Shown: one piece after another, positions 19,401 through 25,695 of the stretch
How the letters are laid out: each line of letters starts with the position of its first letter
How positions within the stretch are numbered: position 1 is the first letter of the stretch
Source: Actinomycetota bacterium
GTDB lineage: Bacteria > Actinomycetota > Actinomycetes > S36-B12 > UBA10799
Direction: 5' to 3'
DNA: 36,833 nt
Assembly: GCA_030837445.1 (NCBI GenBank)
Contig: JAUPKM010000075.1
Coordinates: 1 to 36,833, forward strand
Notes under the pieces: generated by a model
What the model saw: only the letters and a program-made list of their open reading frames with translations
What the model was told of the DNA's origin: nothing
Database searches by the model: none
Translations under genes and position numbers: made by a program

Positions 19401-19842
19401 TGCCGAACTGCTCGCTACGACCGGCGGCTGGCCGAAACTGCTGGACCGGCTGGCGCAGCACCTGACCGGCCTGGACAGCGGCACGGTCAGCGACCCGCTC
19501 GACGACATCCGGACCTGGCTCGGTAGCAACTCCCAGGACCTGGTCGCCGCAGCCGGCGTGATCGCCGACGGATCGCTGCAGCAGGCGTGGGAGTTCCTCG
19601 TGCGGCAGATGGCCGGTGAGGCGACAGATCTGGAGACGTTCGCCGAGTTCCTCCAGCTGCACGCCGACACCGGCGAGCCCGGAAGCGACCAGCTCACTGC
19701 CACCGGCCTCGCAGGTAACGGATACGGCGGCGCCGAGGACGTCGTCGAGGTCCTCCGCGCGCTGGGGGTGCTGCTTGGCGACAGCAAGGGCCAGTACCGG
19801 ACCGAGCCGGTGCTGGCCGCCGCGACCCGGAGGGACGAGTGA
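13447..19842 (+). CDS. Giant (2131-aa) protein with a STAND/Orc-Cdc6-type P-loop NTPase module in its C-terminal third
   Basis: Single 6396-nt ORF. FYGRAEERDKVVDMMGPCVVYGGRQLGKSALL contains Walker A (17800-17823). RQLLLLLDESDSFL contains Walker B (18055-18081). VCVGPLAPQAAYELLIRPL and LTNNQPALIQLFAARLL resemble the helical sensor motifs of STAND NTPases. About 1400 residues precede the NTPase with no motif I recognise. They include an acidic Ala/Thr/Pro-rich low-complexity stretch (about 14880-15370). Confidence 0.85.
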   Translation: MSRSEHGADRDTDDIRSMAATDDSGQHGASHTVGSALTEQERETLRRAKICRAAAGCLTQSDLVSELPRLSGSDVRWVRRRTQIRPNAPTAALARAVRTILVRSDEKRTASILHDCLHYGVLSTNVASQLPIPEMAALLAGDIDGMISLGDQPIYQTLLDAEEFGTTRTARVSAWASMICIGHSADIMALAWLVADLPEEWPDAQRQALVNVWESVRFRTPDLPEKPMRFEDLVDVVIDADAEMHSDKFEDVDEPAILERPATAHASVTEPCGDVSCPATADALAAGGGAASELAELDMPSLQRVLDDLEQLRCHLEDEAAPALAEAVAAGRPPAEAHVVAVTVYTRQLTSVFNALARLTGTARPETLADARHAVEDALAATMEADQTAARLDRVRQVATLHGPEYVAAAVARVAALAAGVDDTTSPETLTGLEALCDIIDLAGGDPRRAVELGEVVTRNLPAAIPLLMFATTADAVTYTATPAGADFPGEPAAAGLIATQLAAVPGEVQATAKAHAAAAEPVDAESVAEPAGVMTPALYTDVPLAVTAEETTSPTPGRAVDETTPDDAVAGLDTDAEPDLENVLAGLDLTVPLPAARQPSHAAPEKTTEPRPSAGDTPDVDTSDASHVDMLYTDLLDHDQYALAYWLTTAESAPAAVSTAYRLAAHAAAIKTSTGSNAAAFTAAVTNLDAGTVRDMPDTQMLIYAAAVRAGLLSPSAGAAGPLRDIATSIPRYGKAVEELHDALLTAIYSGIYLTPCSINAVAEAAEADQVLQTLTAVAKELLARPRTILYAPATELWQTWMAPDGYLGRPLSIIAAGQMAPYAVALIRDRIANLRSRSTLEATIDRDTPRSTGKRSKRIESRAREKLLAWTGEVTELLSNWITAFENLTGPNADSWMNDPMTELRTRVVAVRDQALTELARRSETDVEARHAAHKAGLRLLTDALDLLVGTAAVPVGPEVSADRVLGGPLTGAANLPLTGAGEPAWPITVDDVLAAVRTAQAGSAGWRAAYEQRAARHDHVGTQLLIEHVRSTDAQLAAVLTDARDQAIATSTAKLDTVVTALDTRIDSDRLFSRVTVEEWTDLSTRVRAHQAGPRGTRRDYGAMFADLAAIEGDRAAAVGRRIAAARAALDTTGMASDDADRIQRCLDDGDLITAAEYIETLATDRKLPGPRDTVDHVRRFFPAFCDVFASRWSASNSTHPLLRDLQTALPAGRVPSDPALAGLLADAGIDLADLTRGKTIAERVDHWNKLAVSRTFDARIGNVKAVLEQIGFIFDKSTNPPVKRGQGGGRGSWLDLHGVRATAGKAIIPAFGTAMSPSGDTLRLLAVWKSPTPAELVEMLRSEPTDQSIVLLYFGSLDAAARRELARQFRSGRKLAPTAIIDDAAMAYLACQPTPGRDVTMAVTLPFTFSSPFTPDVPGVNVPQEMFYGRAEERDKVVDMMGPCVVYGGRQLGKSALLRAAEREFDDGSTRHAIYESIFHIGKSAPAEAVWTTLWPRLADKGIVPDTAPASDVAVTLTGHVADWVTARPSRQLLLLLDESDSFLDADANAAGGMFTQVVQFKLLMERTHRAVKIVFAGLHQTARFERLANHPLAHFGEPVCVGPLAPQAAYELLIRPLDALGFRFADTDQAARVLALTNNQPALIQLFAARLLRNLQGAPILDDAPPQTIAADDVEQVWADPTLRRQFRKRFDWTLDLDPHYKVIAYSVAQNAHAAGVDAAMTPGVLRAECEQWWPAGFAAEDIRAGEFRALLDESVDLGVLSVTERGYRLRTPNVLDLLGNRDEVDEVLERAASFEAPESFDGSLMRPVYGAGPTRAPLTAQQIADLLAPRRQVRLLVGSSALDVDRCLAVLEKENGNAATGNRRAVLVRATPGGLENKCRSMPLHSAGHHAVVLVDMKDATAEQALHVWRRARALIASHTGGTLGIVQVSGPAQAAAWPVAARESDTSSGLTELRRYDDTDLRLWFAQESLPFQDAASRAELLATTGGWPKLLDRLAQHLTGLDSGTVSDPLDDIRTWLGSNSQDLVAAAGVIADGSLQQAWEFLVRQMAGEATDLETFAEFLQLHADTGEPGSDQLTATGLAGNGYGGAEDVVEVLRALGVLLGDSKGQYRTEPVLAAATRRDE

Positions 19843-22016
19843 GCCGCACCCTGCCGCAGCTCGTTGAGCAGCTCGTCCTCGACGCGGCCCGGCACGCGGT
19901 CCAGGCGCCAGCGCTGGCCGGGACCGACCCGGACCGATTCGCGCAGGCGAACCGGCGCGGCATGCTACAGCTGATCGCGCGCCACCGGCCGCTGCGCGAG
20001 GAGCTCGCCGCCCGGTACGTCGACGAGCAGGGGCTGCAGCAGCCGAGCCTGCGAGCCTTGTTCGCCGGTGACGCGGCCGTGGCCGAGGCGGCCGCGACCA
20101 CCCTCACGGACCCGGCTCGCGTGCGCCGTCTGGCCCGCGCCTGGGTGCGCCGCAACGTGCACACACCGACCGGTACCGCCACCATCGCTGCCGCGACGGC
20201 GGGGCCAACGGCGGTGGACGGGCGGCGGGACGCGCGGATCGCCCGGAGGATCGCCGACCTGCGGGAGGCCCGCGACGTCGCCCGTGCCCAGCGCAACATC
20301 GCGCAGGTCGAGGCACGCGACTTGGCCCAGCAGCTGGCCGCCACCCATGGGGACCTGGAGGAGGGTGGCACCGTCATCGAGGCGCTGCGCGCCGAGCTAA
20401 ACCTTGAGCGGGAGGCGGCCGCAGCCCGGTCTGCCGACCTGGTCCCCGCCGCCCGGGTCTTCGCCGCCGCGGCCGCCCCGTCCAGCATCGGCGACACCGA
20501 CGACCCACGTGCCCGTGAGCTCGCCGACGACGCCACCGCCGCCCCGTCCGACGCAAGGCTCGCTGCGGCTCTCGCCACCGCCGGGGTGGCACCGGCCGCG
20601 TTTCGGACGGTGCTGGCCATGTTGCTCGCTCCGCCGCCGGCCCCATCGCCCGCGGTGGCGACGCCGCGGGAGATCGCGTTGACCCCGCTCGGCGGCGGCA
20701 CCGACATCGGCGGGTCGGCGATGCTGGTCTCTGCCGGCGACGTGCGGATCCTCGTCGACGCCGGGATGCGGCCTAAGCGCCGCATCGACGACGCCGGTCC
20801 GCCGCACATCGACGTCGTCCGCCACGGCGGCCGGCTGGACGCGATCGTGATCACGCACGCGCACAACGACCATGCCGGGTACGTACCGGCGCTGACGGCC
20901 GAGTTCGGGAACGTTCCGGTGTTCTGCAGCGCCGAAACCGCGGCGTTGCTGCCGACGATGTGGCAGGACTCAGTCAAGGTGTTCGACCGGACCCGCAGCG
21001 ACTACGTCGAGGCAGACGAGCCGCCCGCCGAGCCGCCGTACACGCGAACGCAGGTGTTCGCGGCACAGAGGCGTCTCGAGCCGCTCGCGCTTGGCCGGCC
21101 CGTCGAGGTGGCCGACGGCGTCACCATCGAGCTGTTCACGGCGGGGCACATCCTCGGCGCCGCCGGCGTCGTCGTCACTGCCGGCGACGGCCGGGTCACC
21201 GTGACCGGCGACGTGTCCACCCTCGCGCAGCTGTCCGTGTCTGGTCTGATCGTGCCGGACGCGGCCCGCGGCTCGGATCTGCTCGTCATCGAGTCGACGT
21301 ACTGTGGCCGCCGCAGCACCAACAGGGACCTGGAGGTGGAGAAGTTCATCAACATGGTCGCCGACACCGTGTTCGGCGGAGGGCGGGTGCTGGTGCCGGC
21401 GTTCGCGCTCGGACGTGCTCAGGAGGTCGCGCTCACGCTGCGGGACCGGCTGCCGGACGTGCCAGTCCTCATCGACGGGCTGGCCCGGCATGTGTCGTGG
21501 ATCTACGAGCAGGAGACCGCAGGGGCCGATCGGCCGCTGCGGATCTTCGGTGGCGGGGTGCAGGAGGTCCGCGATGCCAATCGGCCATACCTGCTCAAGA
21601 GCTTTCGCAAGGGTGTGGTCGTGACGACCTCCGGGATGCTCGCCGCCGGGCCGGCGGTCCGGTGGGCGCGGGAGATCCTGCCGGACCCGGACTCGGCGCT
21701 GCTGGTCGCCGGCTATCAGGACGAGGACTCCCCCGGAGCGGAACTGCTCGAGCTGTCCAACGGCGGCCACGGCACCGGCCGGGGCAAGCCGCGGACGTTC
21801 CGCCTCGACGACCACGACGTCGCGGTGAACGCGCGGGTGGAACAGTTCGGTCTGTCGGCGCACGCCGACCGGCGCGGCCTGTCTGCGATCATCAACGAAG
21901 TCGCGCCGCACGAGGTGATGCTGGTGCACGGCATGGCACGCAAGCAGCGGGACTTCGCGGACAACCTGACCCGGCGCGGTTATTCCGTCGCGCCAACCCG
22001 GCACTGGCAGCGGTGA
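19839..22016 (+). CDS. Metallo-beta-lactamase fold, beta-CASP-type nuclease with a ~280-aa coiled-coil-like N-terminal extension
   Basis: GTG start overlaps the stop of the giant gene (GTGA, 19839-19842). MBL motifs: GGSAMLVSAGDVRILVDAG and ITHAHNDHAGYVP (HxHxDH at 20856-20873). Beta-CASP-like blocks: LLVIESTYCG, VLVPAFALGRAQE, GLSAHAD and VMLVHG. The N-terminal 280 aa are Ala/Arg/Glu-rich heptad-like sequence. Confidence 0.85.
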   Translation: MSRTLPQLVEQLVLDAARHAVQAPALAGTDPDRFAQANRRGMLQLIARHRPLREELAARYVDEQGLQQPSLRALFAGDAAVAEAAATTLTDPARVRRLARAWVRRNVHTPTGTATIAAATAGPTAVDGRRDARIARRIADLREARDVARAQRNIAQVEARDLAQQLAATHGDLEEGGTVIEALRAELNLEREAAAARSADLVPAARVFAAAAAPSSIGDTDDPRARELADDATAAPSDARLAAALATAGVAPAAFRTVLAMLLAPPPAPSPAVATPREIALTPLGGGTDIGGSAMLVSAGDVRILVDAGMRPKRRIDDAGPPHIDVVRHGGRLDAIVITHAHNDHAGYVPALTAEFGNVPVFCSAETAALLPTMWQDSVKVFDRTRSDYVEADEPPAEPPYTRTQVFAAQRRLEPLALGRPVEVADGVTIELFTAGHILGAAGVVVTAGDGRVTVTGDVSTLAQLSVSGLIVPDAARGSDLLVIESTYCGRRSTNRDLEVEKFINMVADTVFGGGRVLVPAFALGRAQEVALTLRDRLPDVPVLIDGLARHVSWIYEQETAGADRPLRIFGGGVQEVRDANRPYLLKSFRKGVVVTTSGMLAAGPAVRWAREILPDPDSALLVAGYQDEDSPGAELLELSNGGHGTGRGKPRTFRLDDHDVAVNARVEQFGLSAHADRRGLSAIINEVAPHEVMLVHGMARKQRDFADNLTRRGYSVAPTRHWQR

Positions 22017-22134
22017 GTTCCCCACCGCCGGACCTGCACTCCGGCCATCCCATCCCGACCCACGACCGCCGTTCGAGCCCTTCGGCGGGCGGTCGCGGCC
22101 CGGCGCCGCGCGCCGCGACCTACAGGAGCACACC

Positions 22135-25100
22135 TTGACGGTCTCATCCGCCCCAGCCCAAGGCGCCGCCGTCGCGCCGGCCCTGCCCGCCGCGACGGCG
22201 GCGCAGAGGTACGACGCGCTGCTGGGCAGCCTCGCCCGCCGCGTCGTCGACACCGCCGCCGGCACTCTCATCCCGGCCGGAACGCGGTTGCCTGACCCGC
22301 CCGCGCAACAGCGGCTATGGCTCGGCATGCTCGCCAGTGCCCCGAAGCTCATGGCCGAAGCCGCAAACGGCTACACATACGGCGAGCGGCTTGTTCCGCC
22401 TGCGCAGGGGTTCACGTTCCGGGTGCCGGCGCTGCCGGTCACGCTCGAGTTCACCGTGTCTGCGGCCGCGTATGTCGCCCTGCACCCCACCATGGGCGAG
22501 CAGAATGCGGCGGTGACCGCCGCCGCCGACCCGGGCACCGAGCCCGGCCCGGTCGGCCTCCGCCCGGGCATAGGCCGCGCAGCCCCGGATGCGGGCCGCG
22601 GGCATCCACTGGCCACGGTGTGGACGAAGGTCGCCATCGACCCAGTCACCATCACCGTGCCCCTCACCATCGACACCGTCCGGGCCGGAGAGGATGAGCT
22701 CGCCGCCGCGCTGCGGTCCGCGGTCCGGCCGCCAGCCGGCGCGGAACTGCACCGGCCGCGACGGCTGTCCCCGGCCCCCGCCGGCAACCTGCCCCGCCCG
22801 GACGACATGCTGAACGCGACCACGTGGGCCCGGTACTGCACGGCGAACCTCCTCGACGCCGCCGACGTCCTACCGCCAGAGTTCCGCGCCGCCGTCGAGT
22901 TTGACATCACTCCCGGTGACGGGTACGTCGAGATCCTCGCCACGGTCGTCAACCTCACCCCGGCACCGGACCAGCAGACCGTGGACGGCACACACGCGTA
23001 CCAGACGCCGTACCTGAATACGCATCTGTACGAGGTGCAGCTGATCTGTGCGCTCGATGCGCCGCTGGTGCCATACCAGCTCGAACAGGTCCAGCAGTCC
23101 TACCGGTATGAGCGGGCCGTCCCCGCGCTAGGGCACGCTTGCGCCGTCGACGTGACCCGCGCCGGCGGTCATACTCGGCTGGCGACCATGTACGCCGCCG
23201 AGCAAGCCACTGCTCGGGTGCACCCACGCCGGCATGTCGCGCTCCCAGACGGGACCGTGACCACCCTCGATACCTCGTTCCAGGCCCTGATCGCCGACCC
23301 GATCGCCGCAGTGACTGCGCTCGTCGACGCGCACCGCGCCTGGGTCGACACGGAATGGAGCGTCGCGGCTCTCGACGCCCGCGCCGGTGCCCGCGGCTGG
23401 GACGTCTCCGCCCGCGCGGACGCCGACGCCGACGCCGTCACCGCCCACGACGAGGTCGACTGGGTCGCTGCCGGGTTGGACCTGCTCCGGACCGACCCAC
23501 AGGTCCGGGACGCATTCGTACTCGCGAACCGGGCCGTCGCCGCAGCAGCGAACCGAAGCTACGACGCTTGGTTCCCGTTCCAGATCGCGTGGCTGGTCGG
23601 CTGCCTGCCCAGCATGGTCGACCCAGCCGGGCACCCGGACGTCGAGATCGTCTGGTTCGCCACCGGCGGCGGGAAGTCCGAGGCGTACCTCGGACTTATG
23701 CTCACCACCCTGTTCTATGCTCGGCTCACCGGCGTCACGGCTGGCGCGCAGGTGTGGGCCCGGTTCCCGCTGCGGCTGCTCGCGCTGCAGCAGACCGAAC
23801 GGTTCACCGCGATGGTGCTGCACGCCGAGCTGCTGCGCCGCGACCACCCGGACATCGCTGTCGGCGACCCATTCGGCGTCGGGTACTTCGTCGGCGGAAC
23901 CAACACGCCGAACCGACTGCAGGCGCCCGACCCGACCAACCCGTACTACCGCGGTCAGGACCCGCACTCCGCCGCGACCGCTGAAGCATGCCGGATCCTC
24001 GCCGACTGCCCGCTGTGCCGTCAGCCGCTCGAGGTCGGCTTCGACGAGCTGTCCTGGACGATGCAGCACCGCTGCCGCAACGCCAGCTGTCGGATGACGG
24101 GCGTGCTGCCGGTGTGGGGCATCGACGACGAGATCTATCGGCACGCCCCAGCCGTGTTGGTCGGCACTGTCGACAAGCTCGCCCAGCTCGGCCAGTCGAA
24201 GGAGTTCCAGGTCCTCCTTGGGCGTGCCCACTCCCGTTGCCCGCAACACGGCTACACCGGCCACCCGACCTGGTGCGCGGTGTTCGGGTGCAAGCAGAGC
24301 CGACAACCCATCGCGGCCGGGTTCGGGCACGTCCGCCTCGAGATCGCCGACGAGCTGCATCTGCTCGACGAGTCCCTCGGAGCGCTCGACGGCATGTACG
24401 AGACGCTGCTGCAGGCCATCAGTGAAGACCTCGGCAACCCGCCGATACAGATTGTTGGCGCGACCGCGACCATCGAGGGCTACAAGCATCAGGTGCAGCA
24501 CCTGTATCGCCGCGATGCGCGCCGGTTCCCTGTCAACGGCCCGGACGTCGGGGAGACGTTCTGGTCCACCACCACCGCCGACGAGCCGCTGCGCCGCTAC
24601 CTCGGCGTCCGACCCCGGTCGATTACCATGGTTACCGCGACCCGCGAGGTCGCACTCACCCACGGCGGCTGGCTCGCCGACCTGCTCACCGACCCGGCCG
24701 CCGTGCTCGACGAAGCAGGCCTGGACGCGGCGGACCCGGCGCTACGCGACGAAGCCCACGCCGCTGGCCGCGACCTGTACGAGGTATTCGTCGCGTACTG
24801 CCTGCGCAACGAGGACCTGACCAGCTTCACGCGCGACCCGGAGGTCCGGGCACTACTCGGAAGCCAGCTGAACTTGGCCGTCATCAACGGTGACGCGGAA
24901 CCGACCGCGGTCCGGCGCGCTGTTGCCCGGTTGACTAACCCGCCCGCCGCCGCCGAGGACCGGGTCACGATGATCGCCGCGACTAAGGCGATCGGGCATG
25001 GGTTCGACGTTGGGAGGCTCGGCGTCATGACCGTGATGGGCACCCCAACATCCGCGGCCGAGATCATCCAGGCCTCCGCCCGGGTCGGGCGCCGTTGGCC

Positions 25101-25599
25101 TGGCCTGGTCATCAACGTGATCAACCCGACCCGGGACCGAGACGCTTCTGTATTCCGGTACTACGCCGACTGGATTCGGTTCCTCGACCGGCTTGTGAAC
25201 AAGGTCCCGGTGAACCGGGAGTCGCTGCCGGTGCTGCGTCGGGTTCTGTCCGGCGGGCTGATGGCATGGCTTCTGCAGGTCCATGACCGGGACTGGCTCA
25301 CCGGCGCCCAGCGTCGCAAAACGCTCGCCGATTCGACTGCGTTCGCGGCCGCCGTGACGGCCGGGTTCGTCGACCGGGCCCTGCTCATCGACAACCTGTC
25401 CCGTGGGTTCGGGATCCACCCAGACAGCGTGTACCACCAGCTGCACCGGGACGCGATCGCGGCGTGGGTCGACGACCGACTCGCCGGGCTACCGATGCAG
25501 GCCGAGCCCGGCAAACGGCTGCCGGACCTACTCACCCCGCCGGTGCCGCGGTCCCTGCGCGACGTCGAGGAACCGATCACCATTTACGCCGATCTGTGA
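22135..25599 (+). CDS. DrmA-like superfamily-2 DEAH-box helicase
   Basis: TTG start 7 nt after AGGAG. Walker A FATGGGKSEAYLG (23659-23679). DEAH-type box ADELHLLDESLG (DELH at 24349-24360). Helicase C-terminal motifs TKAIGHGFDV and QASARVGRR. Cys-rich inserts lie between motifs I and II (CPLCRQP...CRNASC, CPQHG...CAVFGC). A ~500-aa N-terminal region is unassigned. Confidence 0.85.
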   Translation: MTVSSAPAQGAAVAPALPAATAAQRYDALLGSLARRVVDTAAGTLIPAGTRLPDPPAQQRLWLGMLASAPKLMAEAANGYTYGERLVPPAQGFTFRVPALPVTLEFTVSAAAYVALHPTMGEQNAAVTAAADPGTEPGPVGLRPGIGRAAPDAGRGHPLATVWTKVAIDPVTITVPLTIDTVRAGEDELAAALRSAVRPPAGAELHRPRRLSPAPAGNLPRPDDMLNATTWARYCTANLLDAADVLPPEFRAAVEFDITPGDGYVEILATVVNLTPAPDQQTVDGTHAYQTPYLNTHLYEVQLICALDAPLVPYQLEQVQQSYRYERAVPALGHACAVDVTRAGGHTRLATMYAAEQATARVHPRRHVALPDGTVTTLDTSFQALIADPIAAVTALVDAHRAWVDTEWSVAALDARAGARGWDVSARADADADAVTAHDEVDWVAAGLDLLRTDPQVRDAFVLANRAVAAAANRSYDAWFPFQIAWLVGCLPSMVDPAGHPDVEIVWFATGGGKSEAYLGLMLTTLFYARLTGVTAGAQVWARFPLRLLALQQTERFTAMVLHAELLRRDHPDIAVGDPFGVGYFVGGTNTPNRLQAPDPTNPYYRGQDPHSAATAEACRILADCPLCRQPLEVGFDELSWTMQHRCRNASCRMTGVLPVWGIDDEIYRHAPAVLVGTVDKLAQLGQSKEFQVLLGRAHSRCPQHGYTGHPTWCAVFGCKQSRQPIAAGFGHVRLEIADELHLLDESLGALDGMYETLLQAISEDLGNPPIQIVGATATIEGYKHQVQHLYRRDARRFPVNGPDVGETFWSTTTADEPLRRYLGVRPRSITMVTATREVALTHGGWLADLLTDPAAVLDEAGLDAADPALRDEAHAAGRDLYEVFVAYCLRNEDLTSFTRDPEVRALLGSQLNLAVINGDAEPTAVRRAVARLTNPPAAAEDRVTMIAATKAIGHGFDVGRLGVMTVMGTPTSAAEIIQASARVGRRWPGLVINVINPTRDRDASVFRYYADWIRFLDRLVNKVPVNRESLPVLRRVLSGGLMAWLLQVHDRDWLTGAQRRKTLADSTAFAAAVTAGFVDRALLIDNLSRGFGIHPDSVYHQLHRDAIAAWVDDRLAGLPMQAEPGKRLPDLLTPPVPRSLRDVEEPITIYADL

Positions 25600-25695
25600 C
25601 CCGCGCAGCCCGCCTTCCCCCGGTCCGCTGGCGCTCCCCCACCCAGCCCGACGCCCCCAACCTTGTGCCCGTCCTGCTCGAAGGAGACGCCTCCG

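Noticed and set aside
13654-19662. Many long shadow ORFs inside the giant gene (e.g. 14371-15447, 15793-17196 and 16755-17600 on the minus strand; 17787-18983 on the plus strand)
   Set aside because: All overlap the 6396-nt frame that carries the NTPase motifs. Their translations are Arg/Gly/Pro-dominated, as expected for off-frames of ~70% GC coding DNA.
22064-22094. GC-rich imperfect hairpin (GACCGCC...GGCGGTC) in the 118-bp gap between the MBL and helicase genes, considered as an internal terminator
   Set aside because: The stem is short and imperfect and has no T-tract. Such structures are frequent in GC-rich DNA, so this is not enough to split the operon.
19694-22352. 427-aa and 460-aa minus-strand ORFs and a 392-aa plus-strand ORF over the MBL gene
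   Set aside because: They are off-frame or antisense shadows. Only the 19839-22016 frame contains HxHxDH and the beta-CASP blocks.
23128-24663. 511-aa minus-strand ORF within the helicase gene
   Set aside because: It is antisense to the frame carrying Walker A, DELH and motif VI, and has no motifs of its own.
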